Of a stretch of DNA of 64,000 nt, positions 10,208 through 19,330 are shown piece by piece; within the stretch, counting starts at the first letter, position 1, and the number at the start of each line of letters is the position of its first letter. The stretch covers positions 393,977 through 457,976 of the forward strand of contig CBDBHE010000007.1 of NCBI GenBank assembly GCA_965205605.1. The letters run 5' to 3'. The stretch is from Spirochaetota bacterium (GTDB taxonomy: Bacteria > Spirochaetota > UBA12135 > COTS27 > CBDBHE01). The notes beneath the pieces were generated by a model. That model was not told the DNA's origin. It worked only from the letters and a program-made list of their open reading frames with translations, and did not search any database. The position numbers and the translations under genes were made by a program.

Positions 10208-10648
10208 TTATTCCTCTAGTTTTTTTCTAAGCGTACGGGTCGCAAAAACAGGGGCTTTAATTTTAAGTTTTAATTTTCCATCTTCTTTAGGATTTTTTGA
10301 CCCTAAAATTTTAACTTTTTTAACCGTTTTACGATCGACAATTCCTTTTTTTCGAAGCGATTCCATTGAAACTTCTTCACCTTCTTTATAAGCATAAACG
10401 AGAGTCTTAATGGAAACTTCAAAAAAAGACTCTTCATGCCTTTCATTAGAAAATCCCACTTTAGGCAGTCTTCTCACTAAAGGCATTTGTCCACCCTCAA
10501 ATCCTCTTACTGTTTTTCCTCTCCCCGATCGTACTTTTTGTCCTTTATGACCTTTTGTTGAGGTTCTTCCTTTCCCTGAGCCAGTCCCACGCCCTATAAT
10601 TTTTTTTTTCTTACTCGAATTTTTAGGAGAAATAATTTCTTTTTTCAT
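10208..10648 (-). CDS. rplO: 50S ribosomal protein L15
   Basis: [24 protein letters not shown]...[15 protein letters not shown]. Confidence 0.9.
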   Translation of the reverse strand: MKKEIISPKNSSKKKKIIGRGTGSGKGRTSTKGHKGQKVRSGRGKTVRGFEGGQMPLVRRLPKVGFSNERHEESFFEVSIKTLVYAYKEGEEVSMESLRKKGIVDRKTVKKVKILGSKNPKEDGKLKLKIKAPVFATRTLRKKLEE

Positions 10649-10657
10649 GGTTTACTC

Positions 10658-10834
10658 TTAGCTCTTTTTACCCACCCAAACTAAATGTCTTACTCTTTCC
10701 ACCATTCCCACCAAGGCCTTGTTATTAATATCTACAGTGATTTCTTTATTCATTTTTGTGAGCTTTAAAGCCTTAAGGGTCCCTTTGACTCTTTTAGATT
10801 TTCCAATACCACTTTTAATTAATTTAACTTTCAT
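10658..10834 (-). CDS. rpmD: 50S ribosomal protein L30 (start placed at the internal MKVKLIKS; the track ORF extends upstream into rpsE)
   Basis: MKVKLIKSGIGKSKRVKGTLKALKLTKMNKEITVDINNKALVGMVERVRHLVWV. Confidence 0.8.
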   Translation of the reverse strand: MKVKLIKSGIGKSKRVKGTLKALKLTKMNKEITVDINNKALVGMVERVRHLVWVGKKS

Positions 10835-10853
10835 GATGAACCAAGATTTATCT

Positions 10854-11372
10854 TTAATTGAAAAATTCAGATGCTTTAGCGATCTCTCTACTTTCACTCA
10901 TATACTTAGCACTTGAAAGCTGTACTAAACAATTAAAAGCTGCTTTTGCAGTGTTAATCGAATTTCTTGATTTATACGTTTTGGTTAAAATATTTCGAAC
11001 CCCCGCAAACTCTAAAACAGGACGAAGATTGACCCCTGCAAGAATGCCCGTTCCTTCAGAAGCAGGCATCATCCATACTTTAGAAGCACAAAACTTTCCA
11101 ACAACTTCATGAGGGATCGTGTGTTTATATAAATTAATCACCACTAATGTTTTTTTAGCTCTTTCAGTTGCTTTTCGAATGGCTTCTGGGATTTCTCTCG
11201 CTTTTCCAAACCCAAGTCCCACAACCCCTTTTTTATTACCGACAACCACTAAAACAGAAAAACTAAAACTACGTCCCCCTTTAACAACTTTAGTGACTCT
11301 TTTAAGGGTAATTAAATGTTCTTCAAGCCCTTCAATATTCATCGAATCTACATATTTTATTTTATTTAACAT
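10854..11372 (-). CDS. rpsE: 30S ribosomal protein S5
   Basis: LKRVTKVVKGGRSFSFSVLVVVGNKKGVVGLGFGKAREIPEAIRKA. Confidence 0.92.
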   Translation of the reverse strand: MLNKIKYVDSMNIEGLEEHLITLKRVTKVVKGGRSFSFSVLVVVGNKKGVVGLGFGKAREIPEAIRKATERAKKTLVVINLYKHTIPHEVVGKFCASKVWMMPASEGTGILAGVNLRPVLEFAGVRNILTKTYKSRNSINTAKAAFNCLVQLSSAKYMSESREIAKASEFFN

Positions 11373-11389
11373 CTTTCTCTCTCTCTCTT

Positions 11390-11716
11390 CTAAAAAACAA
11401 GCCCATGCTCTCTTGCTGATTCACCTAGAGCCTTCACAACCCCATGATAACGATAGGCATTGCGATCAAAGACAATTTGTTTGATCGATTTTTTTTTTGC
11501 CTCTTCAGCAACTAACTTCCCTAGTTTTTTAGCGGAGGCAATATTTTTCCCTTCCCTCATTAAAACACTACAAAGCGTCTTCTCTTCTTTGTCATCAATC
11601 AATTGCACATTTAGTGACGTTAAACTTTTGTACAAGCTTAAGCGGGGTCTTTTTTGAGTCCCCATAATTTTTTTTCGAATCCTAAATTTTGTTTTGACCC
11701 GTCTCTCTTTTTTCAT
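11390..11716 (-). CDS. rplR: 50S ribosomal protein L18
   Basis: RKKIMGTQKRPRLSLYKS...FDRNAYRYHGVVKALGESAREHGLVF. Confidence 0.9.
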   Translation of the reverse strand: MKKERRVKTKFRIRKKIMGTQKRPRLSLYKSLTSLNVQLIDDKEEKTLCSVLMREGKNIASAKKLGKLVAEEAKKKSIKQIVFDRNAYRYHGVVKALGESAREHGLVF

Positions 11717-11719
11717 TGT

Positions 11720-12253
11720 TTAAGCACTCGATTTCCCTTGTTTCTTTATAAACGTCTCACCCACATATCGTACTCCTTTGCCTTTATACGGCTCTAAAGA
11801 CCTAAACGATCGTATTTTAGCAGACACTTCCCCTACTAATTGTTTATCAAAACCCATAATAGAAAGTTTGTTTTCATCTACTTTAGCTTCAATGTCTTCT
11901 GGCAGATCGTATTCGACAGGATGGGAAAATCCCAAATTCATCGTTAATTTCTTAGCCCTACAGCTCCACCTGTACCCAACTCCATGAAGCTCCAATTGTT
12001 TAGTAAATCCTTTTGTCACCCCTATCATAAAATTCTCAATCATTCGATAAGTAAGTCCCACAAAACTAGCTTTAACATCTTCTTGGTTGCTTCTAAAGAC
12101 TTTCACTCCCTTCTCTTCTTGACTCACTTTAATCCCTTTTGGAAGATTAAAATCAAGCTTTCCCTTAGCCCCTTCTAAACAAACTTTGTCTTCAAAAATC
12201 GAAACAGATGCTCCTGATGCAATAGGCAATAAATGATTTTCAAATCGACTCAT
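11720..12253 (-). CDS. rplF: 50S ribosomal protein L6 (start placed at MSRFENH; the track ORF is extended upstream)
   Basis: MSRFENHLLPIASGASVSIFEDKVCLEGAKGKL... Ends 10 nt before rpsH. Confidence 0.88.
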   Translation of the reverse strand: MSRFENHLLPIASGASVSIFEDKVCLEGAKGKLDFNLPKGIKVSQEEKGVKVFRSNQEDVKASFVGLTYRMIENFMIGVTKGFTKQLELHGVGYRWSCRAKKLTMNLGFSHPVEYDLPEDIEAKVDENKLSIMGFDKQLVGEVSAKIRSFRSLEPYKGKGVRYVGETFIKKQGKSSA

Positions 12254-12263
12254 CACATGCCTT

Positions 12264-12656
12264 TTAAAAAATATAACAAATGGGCTCTCCCCCCACATTT
12301 TTTTTCTTCGCTTCCTTTCCTGTCATCACCCCTAATGAAGTACTCATAATCACCGTTGCAAATCCATTCTTAATTCGAGGTATTTTTTTTGCTTTACAAT
12401 AAATTCGCAGACTACTTTTACTAAAAAGTTTAATTTCTCTAAAAACCGCTCTTCCATTTTTATCATGCTTGATTTTCACTTTAGTAAAATGTTTCTTATC
12501 TTTATTAATCACTTCATAAGAATCTAAATAACGCTTCTCTTTTAAAATAGCAATAATATAATTCACCAACTTATTAGCTGGAAACTGCACTTTAAAACGA
12601 CCCGCCATCGCTCCATTTCGAATCGATGTCATCGCCCGACTTACTAAATCTTGCAT
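12264..12656 (-). CDS. rpsH: 30S ribosomal protein S8
   Basis: MQDLVSRAMTSIRNGAMAGRFKVQFPANKLVNYIIAILKEKRYLDSYEVI. Confidence 0.9.
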   Translation of the reverse strand: MQDLVSRAMTSIRNGAMAGRFKVQFPANKLVNYIIAILKEKRYLDSYEVINKDKKHFTKVKIKHDKNGRAVFREIKLFSKSSLRIYCKAKKIPRIKNGFATVIMSTSLGVMTGKEAKKKNVGGEPICYIF

Positions 12657-12675
12657 ACTTATACCAAACCTACCT

Positions 12676-12861
12676 TTACCAGCTTGATTTCACAATGCCT
12701 GGAACACTGCCTTCATTGGCATACTTGCGAAAACAAATCCGACACATTTTAAATTTCCTAAGATACCCACGTGGTCTGCCACAAATTTCACATCGATTAT
12801 ATTCTCGCACTTTAAACTTGCTCTTTTTTTTACACTTAGCAATCATTGAAACTTTAGCCAT
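12676..12861 (-). CDS. rpsZ: 30S ribosomal protein S14 type Z (zinc-binding)
   Basis: 61 aa with [20 protein letters not shown]. Confidence 0.9.
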   Translation of the reverse strand: MAKVSMIAKCKKKSKFKVREYNRCEICGRPRGYLRKFKMCRICFRKYANEGSVPGIVKSSW

Positions 12862-12881
12862 GTCTTAATCTCTTTTTTTCT

Positions 12882-12928
12882 TTAATCCCTTAATCTCTCT
12901 TAATCTCTCTTAATCTCTCTTAATCTCT
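12882..12928. repeat. Tandem 10-bp microsatellite (TAATCTCTCT; about 4.7 copies, three perfect) in the rplE-rpsZ intergenic spacer
   Basis: Direct reading: ttaatccct taatctctct taatctctct taatctctct taatctct. A further isolated copy lies at 12864-12873. On the mRNA strand it reads (AGAGAGAUUA)n between the rplE stop and the rpsZ start. Confidence 0.8.
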
Positions 12929-13474
12929 AAAAGGAAGCCCCATTAATTTTAACATTTCAAACGCTTCTTCTTTCGAAGCTTTATTCGTCACAAAAACAGC
13001 ACTCACTCCTGATGCCTCTTGAGAATGCAAATGAGAAATTTCAATAAAACTACTTACCTCTTTAAGACCAATGGTGTAGTTACCAAAATGATCAAAAGAT
13101 TTCTTACTAAGTCCTTGAAAATCTTTAACCCTAGGCAAGTTAAGATTAATAAAACGCACTAAAAAATCATACATCCTATTTTTTCGAAGTGTCACCATCG
13201 CTCCAATGGGCATTTTTTCTCGTATCTTAAACCCTGCCACTGATTTCCTTGCTAAAGTCGCCACTGATTTTTGACCTGCTATAAGAGAAAGCAATTTAGT
13301 GTTTTCAGTAATCACTTTTTTATTGTTTTTTGCTTCACTTAAACCCATATTTAACACAATTTTATCTAGTTTTGGCACTTCCATGATCGATTTAAATTTA
13401 AATTTATTCTTAAGTGTCTCAACAACTTCTTCTTCATAATACTGTTTAGAACCCTTTAAAATCATTTTTTCCAT
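12920..13474 (-). CDS. rplE: 50S ribosomal protein L5
   Basis: KFKSIMEVPKLDKIVLNMGLSEA...PIGAMVTLRKNRMYDFLVRFINLNLPRVKDFQGLS. Confidence 0.92.
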   Translation of the reverse strand: MEKMILKGSKQYYEEEVVETLKNKFKFKSIMEVPKLDKIVLNMGLSEAKNNKKVITENTKLLSLIAGQKSVATLARKSVAGFKIREKMPIGAMVTLRKNRMYDFLVRFINLNLPRVKDFQGLSKKSFDHFGNYTIGLKEVSSFIEISHLHSQEASGVSAVFVTNKASKEEAFEMLKLMGLPFRD

Positions 13475-13481
13475 TCAAAAA

Positions 13482-13811
13482 CTACACCACTTTTTTAGAT
13501 TTATTTCTCATAAATCGTTCTTTTTTACCCTTGCCTATTTGACACCCCAAACGAACCCCTTTACCAGAATCATTATCTAAATACATGACTTTTGAAAGAT
13601 GGATAAAAGCTTCTTTTTCTGTAATGCCCCCCTTAGGGTTTTCTTGAGTTTTTTTGATGGTTTTTTTAACAACATTAATACCTTCAACCAAGACAAGATT
13701 ATCAAATCGATTAATATTCAAAATCTTCCCTTGTTTGTTTCTATATTTTCCCGATATTACCTTAACAAGATCGTCTTTTTTTAATTTTGTTTTAATTTTA
13801 TTCTTTTTCAT
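13482..13811 (-). CDS. rplX: 50S ribosomal protein L24
   Basis: KLKKDDLVKVISGKYRNKQGKILNINRFDNLVLVEGINVVKK (KOW motif). Confidence 0.9.
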   Translation of the reverse strand: MKKNKIKTKLKKDDLVKVISGKYRNKQGKILNINRFDNLVLVEGINVVKKTIKKTQENPKGGITEKEAFIHLSKVMYLDNDSGKGVRLGCQIGKGKKERFMRNKSKKVV

Positions 13812-13831
13812 CTCAAGTATTTTTTTTAAAT

Positions 13832-14200
13832 CTACAATACTTCTGGAGCTAAAGAAATAATCTTCATATAGTTTTTTTCTCTAAGCTCTCTTGCAACAGG
13901 TCCAAAAACACGCGTCCCAATAGGGTTGTTGTCATTTCCTATTAAAATAGCTGCATTATCATCAAATTGAACCACCATTCCATTCTTTCTTTTAATCGGA
14001 TGCTTGGTACGAACAATGACTGCCTTAACCACAGACCCTTTTTTTAAATTCGAATTAGGAATCGCCTTTTTGATCGAACAAACAATCACATCCCCCACTC
14101 TACCATATCTCTTCTTAGCTCCACCCAAAACTTTAATACACATAATATTTTTAGCACCACTATTATCAGCTACTAACAAGCGAGATAAATTTTGAATCAC
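13832..14200 (-). CDS. rplN: 50S ribosomal protein L14
   Basis: [27 protein letters not shown]. Confidence 0.93.
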   Translation of the reverse strand: MIQNLSRLLVADNSGAKNIMCIKVLGGAKKRYGRVGDVIVCSIKKAIPNSNLKKGSVVKAVIVRTKHPIKRKNGMVVQFDDNAAILIGNDNNPIGTRVFGPVARELREKNYMKIISLAPEVL

Positions 14201-14457
14201 TTTTTAATCTCTATTTTTTTAATGATTTTATTTAATTTGAATTTTTTTCTTTTACTATAAGGCCTACTCTCGATAATTTCTACTAAATCCCCTTCTTTAC
14301 TATCATTTTTCTCATCATGAAAAAGATATTTTTTAGAAGATTTTATTTTTTTATGATACTCTCTATGCGATTTTTTAGTTTCCACTATAATACAGGCTGT
14401 TTTATCACTTTTAGTCGAAACGACTATTCCTCTAAAACGCTTTTTAAATTCTTCCAT
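14197..14457 (-). CDS. rpsQ: 30S ribosomal protein S17
   Basis: [71 protein letters not shown]. Confidence 0.9.
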   Translation of the reverse strand: MEEFKKRFRGIVVSTKSDKTACIIVETKKSHREYHKKIKSSKKYLFHDEKNDSKEGDLVEIIESRPYSKRKKFKLNKIIKKIEIKK

Positions 14458-14504
14458 CTTGTTTAAATAAAGGCTTTTATATTACTATGAAAAAGTCATT
14501 TTTA

Positions 14505-14711
14505 TCAACTCAAAGGTTTTTCTTGATGTTGACGACTATTTTGCTTTGTTAGTAATAAAGCAATCTTTTTTTTTAATTTCTTAATTTTTGAAGTATCCGT
14601 TAACTGACCTAAAGCATTATCAAATCTAAATTTTCGAAGTTGTTCTTTTAATTCTTCTAAACTTTGGGTTTCTTTATTAACAACTTTTTTAGTTTCTTTT
14701 CCATCAGCCAT
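14505..14711 (-). CDS. rpmC: 50S ribosomal protein L29
   Basis: Small coiled-coil protein LEELKEQLRKFRFDNALGQLTDTSKIKKLKKKIA, between rplP and rpsQ. Confidence 0.85.
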   Translation of the reverse strand: MADGKETKKVVNKETQSLEELKEQLRKFRFDNALGQLTDTSKIKKLKKKIALLLTKQNSRQHQEKPLS

Positions 14712-14715
14712 TATT

Positions 14716-15129
14716 TTATAATCCTCTTACAACTTGCTTTGTCTTAACAGGGAGCTTGTAAGAAGCTTTTTTAAAAGCAGCAAAAGCTTTTTCTTTAGTT
14801 GTACCCCCGATTTCAAATAAAATTTTACCTGGTTTAATCACACAACAATAATGATCCACATCGCCTTTTCCTTTACCCATTCGTGTTTCAGCTGGACGTT
14901 TTGTAATCGGCTTATGAGGAAACATACAAATCCATATTTTTCCTTCTTTTTTAAGCTCTCGATTAATACTCACTCGAGCCGATTCAATTTGACGACTGGT
15001 TATAAAACCAATCGACTGAGCTGAAAGACCATATTCTCCAAAAACAACATTATTGCCTCCTTTCGAAATACCTTTAGCTTTTCCTCTTTGAATTTTGCGA
15101 TATTTATATTTTTTTGGCATCAACATCAT
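14716..15129 (-). CDS. rplP: 50S ribosomal protein L16
   Basis: MLMPKKYKYRKIQRGKAKGISKGGNNVVFGEYGL. Confidence 0.92.
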   Translation of the reverse strand: MMLMPKKYKYRKIQRGKAKGISKGGNNVVFGEYGLSAQSIGFITSRQIESARVSINRELKKEGKIWICMFPHKPITKRPAETRMGKGKGDVDHYCCVIKPGKILFEIGGTTKEKAFAAFKKASYKLPVKTKQVVRGL

Positions 15130-15137
15130 AAAAAACC

Positions 15138-15836
15138 TTATTGCTTAGTGACTAGTGAGCCTATATTATCGATGACTTCATCACTGTTTTTTTCTTTTTT
15201 TCCTTTATAAATCCAAACTGAAACCCCAACCATCCCATAGGTTGTTTGCGCATCATATTTTGCATAATCCACATACGCATCAAAGGTATGTAGGGGCACA
15301 GAGCCTTCTTTAAAAGATTCTCTTCTAGCCATATCAAGCCCACCTAGTCTACCTGCAACCATCACCTTCACCCCAAGTGCTCCTGATTTAACCGAACGTG
15401 TGATCGCTTGCTTCATCGCTTTTTTATAAGAAACTCTCTGTTCGATCATTTTACCAATCACTTGACTCACCACGAAAGCATCTAAATCTGTTTTTTTGAT
15501 TTCACTAATATTGACATTAATATTTGTTTTTTTAGGAACAAATACAAAAAGCCCTTTTTTAAGCTTCTCAATATCCGCTCCTTTTTTTCCAATTAAAAGA
15601 CCTGGTTTTGACGTATAAATATAAATTTCAATCGCTCCTGGGTAACGCTTAATTTTAATTTTAGAAATTTCAACTCGCTCATAACCTTTTTGCTTTAAAA
15701 TTTTACCTCGAATAAAGTTGCGTATCTTAATGTCTTCAATCACATACTGCCCATAATTTTTATCTGCATACCAATGACCATCCCAAGTGTCACTAATTTT
15801 AAGTCGCATACCTCTTGGATTTACTTTTTGACCCAT
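15138..15836 (-). CDS. rpsC: 30S ribosomal protein S3
   Basis: MGQKVNPRGMRLKISDTWDGHWYADKNYG with a KH domain. Confidence 0.93.
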   Translation of the reverse strand: MGQKVNPRGMRLKISDTWDGHWYADKNYGQYVIEDIKIRNFIRGKILKQKGYERVEISKIKIKRYPGAIEIYIYTSKPGLLIGKKGADIEKLKKGLFVFVPKKTNINVNISEIKKTDLDAFVVSQVIGKMIEQRVSYKKAMKQAITRSVKSGALGVKVMVAGRLGGLDMARRESFKEGSVPLHTFDAYVDYAKYDAQTTYGMVGVSVWIYKGKKEKNSDEVIDNIGSLVTKQ

Positions 15837-15837
15837 G

Positions 15838-16263
15838 TTATTTTGTTTCCTTTGTTATCTTTTCTTTTTTTAAATTCTGCTTTTTTGATTTTTCTTGTTT
15901 TAAGTTTTGTTTTTTGCCTTGATTTTCATTACCATCTGTTAAAACTACCTTAATATGAGAAGAGCGTTTGAAAATCCTATCAGCCCTCCCTTTAGCACGA
16001 GGCAACATTCGCTTCATGGTAGGGCCTTTGTCAACGTAAATATGTTTCACTTTAAGTTCTTCCACATTGGCATTAGGATTTTTTGTTTGATAATTACTAG
16101 AAGCAGAAAGAATGGTTTTAAGCAATTCTCTAGCTGCTTTTTGAGGTAAAATCATCAATGACATCTTGCTTTCACTCACCGTCAAACGAATACATTCCCT
16201 AGCTAATCTTGCTATTTTTCGCCTTGAAATCCCTACATATTTTTTTAAAGCAATAGCTTCCAT
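15838..16263 (-). CDS. rplV: 50S ribosomal protein L22 with a Lys-rich C-terminal tail of about 30 aa
   Basis: MEAIALKKYVGISRRKIARLARECIRL...HIYVDKGPTMKRMLPRAKGRADRIFKRSSHIKVVL, followed by the tail NENQGKKQNLKQEKSKKQNLKKEK. Confidence 0.9.
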   Translation of the reverse strand: MEAIALKKYVGISRRKIARLARECIRLTVSESKMSLMILPQKAARELLKTILSASSNYQTKNPNANVEELKVKHIYVDKGPTMKRMLPRAKGRADRIFKRSSHIKVVLTDGNENQGKKQNLKQEKSKKQNLKKEKITKETK

Positions 16264-16265
16264 GG

Positions 16266-16529
16266 TTACTTTCTGCTTCCCCCATGAGATTTAAAAAGTC
16301 TCGTTGGTGCAAACTCTCCTAATTTATGTCCGACAAAATTATCACTAATTTTAACAGGGATAAACTTATGCCCATTATGAACATGAATAATCTTTCCTAT
16401 CATCTCTGGAAAAATCGTAGAAGCCCTTGAATAAGTTTTAATTTGGACACTAGGATCATTTTTAGAGTTAATAACTTTTTTATAAAGTTTAGGATAAATG
16501 TAAGGTCCTTTTTTAAGTGATCGAGTCAT
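16266..16529 (-). CDS. rpsS: 30S ribosomal protein S19
   Basis: [19 protein letters not shown]...[21 protein letters not shown]. Confidence 0.93.
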   Translation of the reverse strand: MTRSLKKGPYIYPKLYKKVINSKNDPSVQIKTYSRASTIFPEMIGKIIHVHNGHKFIPVKISDNFVGHKLGEFAPTRLFKSHGGSRK

Positions 16530-16545
16530 AATAATTTAGTTTCCT

Positions 16546-17379
16546 TTATTTTTTTTCATTTCTTCTTCTTAAAATAAGACGATTGCTATACTTTTTTTTC
16601 TTTCTTGTTTTAAATCCTTTAGCAATGACTCCTGTTGGAGAACAAGGATGCCTTCCTCCTGAAGATTTTCCTTCGCCTCCACCCATAGGGTGGTCAACTG
16701 GATTCATCACAACTCCTCTTACCTTAGGTCTTCGTCCTAAGTATCGACTTGCCCCTGCTTTACCCAGTTTAATATTACGATTATCTTTATTAGAAATCAC
16801 CCCAATCGTTGCATAACACTCGCCTCTAAAAAGTTTCACCTCTCCAGAAGGGAGTTGCAAAGAAACAAAATCACCATCTCGACCCAGTACTTTCGCACCT
16901 CCACCAGCTGAACGCACAACTTGACCTCCTTTTCCTCGTTTAATCTCAATATTATGCACAAAAGAACCAATGTTTACCTTTCGAAGTGGCAAACAATTGC
17001 CCTCCCTAGATTTAGCTTCTTCACCTGATATAATTTTAGTACCGACTTTCAGCCCATCTATCGCCAAAATATAACGCCTATCCCCATCAGTATAATTCAC
17101 CAAAGAAATAAAAGCACTCCTATTTGGATCATACTCAATGGTTTTAATGGTGCCTTCAATGTTAGCTTTATTTCTTTTAAAATCAATTTGTCGGTATTTT
17201 CTTTTAGCCCCGCCCCCTCTTCTTCTAACACTAATCCTTCCTTTAGAGTCTCGAGCAGAAATAGATGACTTGCCTTTACAAAGAGATTTAACTGGCTTTA
17301 TTCCACTTAATTCTTCAAAGTTTAAGCCAACTTTTCCTCTCATCGCAGAGGTGACCGGTTTTAAATTTTTTAAACCCAT
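16546..17379 (-). CDS. rplB: 50S ribosomal protein L2
   Basis: GGGAKRKYRQIDFKR...VMNPVDHPMGGGEGKSSGGRHPCSP. Confidence 0.93.
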   Translation of the reverse strand: MGLKNLKPVTSAMRGKVGLNFEELSGIKPVKSLCKGKSSISARDSKGRISVRRRGGGAKRKYRQIDFKRNKANIEGTIKTIEYDPNRSAFISLVNYTDGDRRYILAIDGLKVGTKIISGEEAKSREGNCLPLRKVNIGSFVHNIEIKRGKGGQVVRSAGGGAKVLGRDGDFVSLQLPSGEVKLFRGECYATIGVISNKDNRNIKLGKAGASRYLGRRPKVRGVVMNPVDHPMGGGEGKSSGGRHPCSPTGVIAKGFKTRKKKKYSNRLILRRRNEKK

Positions 17380-17387
17380 TTTATTTT

Positions 17388-17681
17388 TTACGCCTCAAGT
17401 TCTGTAATTTTTCCATCTTTTTTTAACTTCACAATCGCTTTTTTAAAACTAGGGCTTATCCCTACCACTTGTTTTTTAGCAAGCTTGCCTTTTTTTATCT
17501 TTCCTTTTTTAACAAAAATATTAACTTCTGCCACTTCCACTTTAAAAATACTTTCAACGGCTTTTTTAACCATGATTTTATTAGCTCGTTTATCAACAAC
17601 AAAAACATATTGACGATGAGTTCTTAGCTGTGTGCTTTTTTCTGTTATTAAAGGTTTTTTTAACACATCATGCAAATTCAT
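17388..17681 (-). CDS. rplW: 50S ribosomal protein L23
   Basis: MNLHDVLKKPLITEKST...KIMVKKAVESIFKVEVAEVNI. Confidence 0.9.
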   Translation of the reverse strand: MNLHDVLKKPLITEKSTQLRTHRQYVFVVDKRANKIMVKKAVESIFKVEVAEVNIFVKKGKIKKGKLAKKQVVGISPSFKKAIVKLKKDGKITELEA

Positions 17682-18328
17682 TCTTGACTCTTTTTAGGTA
17701 AAAATCTTTTATTTATTTTTTCAATCGCTGATTTTAAAATCACAATTTCCTTGGCATAAAAAAGATCTTTAAGTTCAATACTTTCTTGATTAATCACCTT
17801 CACCCAAGAAAGGTTTGAGCTTGATTTCCTGATAATAGAGTACGAACCTCCCTTTTCAGAAGTTAAAATAAACAAAATTTTTTCTTGTTTGGTGACCGCT
17901 TTTAAAATCCCTTCGATTTTTTTAGTGCTATACACCTTCATTTCAAAATCTTCTAAAATAATGAGCTGCTTATTCTTAGCAAAAAGACTTAAAATAGAAG
18001 TAAAAGCACGTCTCTTTACTTTTTTGGGTATTCGGTAAGAATAATCTCTTGGATGCGGTCCAAAAGCAATCCCTCCCCCTCTCCAAATAGAAGAAGTGAC
18101 TGTCCCAACTCTAGCTCTCCCAGTTCCTTTTTGCTTCCAAGGTTTTTTGGTGCTTGCTTTAACAAAAGAACGACTCTTCGTACTAGCAGTCCCTTGCCTT
18201 TTATTGGCTAGTTGATTTTTAAGCCCTTCATAAATCGTAGAGTGGTTTTCTTTATCGTCAAAAAATTCTTTATTAAGAGTAAGATTCCCTTGGACTTGAC
18301 CGGTTGTATTTTTAATTTCTAAAACCAT
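17678..18328 (-). CDS. rplD: 50S ribosomal protein L4
   Basis: KKPWKQKGTGRARVGTVTSSIWRGGGIAFGPHPRDYSY. Confidence 0.92.
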   Translation of the reverse strand: MVLEIKNTTGQVQGNLTLNKEFFDDKENHSTIYEGLKNQLANKRQGTASTKSRSFVKASTKKPWKQKGTGRARVGTVTSSIWRGGGIAFGPHPRDYSYRIPKKVKRRAFTSILSLFAKNKQLIILEDFEMKVYSTKKIEGILKAVTKQEKILFILTSEKGGSYSIIRKSSSNLSWVKVINQESIELKDLFYAKEIVILKSAIEKINKRFLPKKSQE

Positions 18329-18341
18329 TTTTTTTAAAACC

Positions 18342-18971
18342 TTAGGCTTTTTTTATCGCCTTTCTAATAAAAACATTTTTATTCTCACTTCCTGGAATCG
18401 ATCCTTTAATTAAAATGAGCTGATTTTCCTTATCAATTTCAACAATTTCCAAAGATTGAATCAACACTTTTTCACCACCCATTCTACCGGGCATTTTTTG
18501 ACCCTTCCAAACTTTTGCTGGAAACGTTGCCCCCCCAATAGATCCAGGCCTTCTGTGAAAATTAGAACCATGCGTGGCAGGCCCCCCTTTCATATTATGG
18601 CGCTTGATAACTCCTTGAAATCCTTTTCCCAGGCTCACCCCAGACACATCAACATAACGAACCCCTTCAAAAAAATCAAGTCCAATTTCGTCCCCTACTT
18701 TAAAACCTTTTAGCTCTTCTCTCAACCTAAACTCTCTAATGACCCTAGGAACTTTCTTTTCTTCAAAACGCCCTTTTTCTGCTCGATTGGCTTTATTTTT
18801 TTTCTTAAGCCCAAAACCAAGCTGAATAGCAAAATACCCATGCTTACTTTCTGTTTTAATATCAAGCACTTTATTGGGTTCGATACGCACAACAGTAACC
18901 GGAAGACACGTGCCATCTTCTTTAAAGATTTGCGTCATCCCTATTTTTTCACCAATTAATCCACCATTCAC
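18342..18971 (-). CDS. rplC: 50S ribosomal protein L3
   Basis: MNGGLIGEKIGMTQIFKEDGTCLPVTVV. Confidence 0.92.
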   Translation of the reverse strand: MNGGLIGEKIGMTQIFKEDGTCLPVTVVRIEPNKVLDIKTESKHGYFAIQLGFGLKKKNKANRAEKGRFEEKKVPRVIREFRLREELKGFKVGDEIGLDFFEGVRYVDVSGVSLGKGFQGVIKRHNMKGGPATHGSNFHRRPGSIGGATFPAKVWKGQKMPGRMGGEKVLIQSLEIVEIDKENQLILIKGSIPGSENKNVFIRKAIKKA

Positions 18972-18986
18972 TTTAAATCACTTCCT

Positions 18987-19295
18987 CTACTGCTTGACCT
19001 CAATATCAACACCAGCTGGTAGCTCAATATTCATAAGCGAATTCATCGTTTCTGCAGAAGTGTCATAAATATCAATCAAACGTTGATACGTTCTCATTTC
19101 AAATTGCTCTCTTGCGGTGATATTAACATAGGGAGAACGGAGAACCGTATACTTTCGAATTTTAGTTGGAAGGGGAACAGGTCCTGAAATTTTGGCCCCA
19201 CTAATTTTAGCCGAATTAACAATTGATTGTGTCGAAATATCAATGATTTTATTGTCAAATGATTTTAGCTTAATTCTAATTCTCTGACCTGCCAT
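18987..19295 (-). CDS. rpsJ: 30S ribosomal protein S10
   Basis: MAGQRIRIKLKSFDNKIIDIS...SGPVPLPTKIRKYTVLRSPYVN. Confidence 0.93.
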   Translation of the reverse strand: MAGQRIRIKLKSFDNKIIDISTQSIVNSAKISGAKISGPVPLPTKIRKYTVLRSPYVNITAREQFEMRTYQRLIDIYDTSAETMNSLMNIELPAGVDIEVKQ

Positions 19296-19330
19296 AATTC
19301 TCTCTTCAAACTCCTTGCTTTTGTTTTTTT

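Noticed and set aside
12882-12928. Direct repeats as a possible CRISPR array
   Set aside because: The unit is only 10 bp with no spacers and about 5 copies: a microsatellite, not CRISPR. No cas genes or other repeat-spacer structure exist anywhere in the window.
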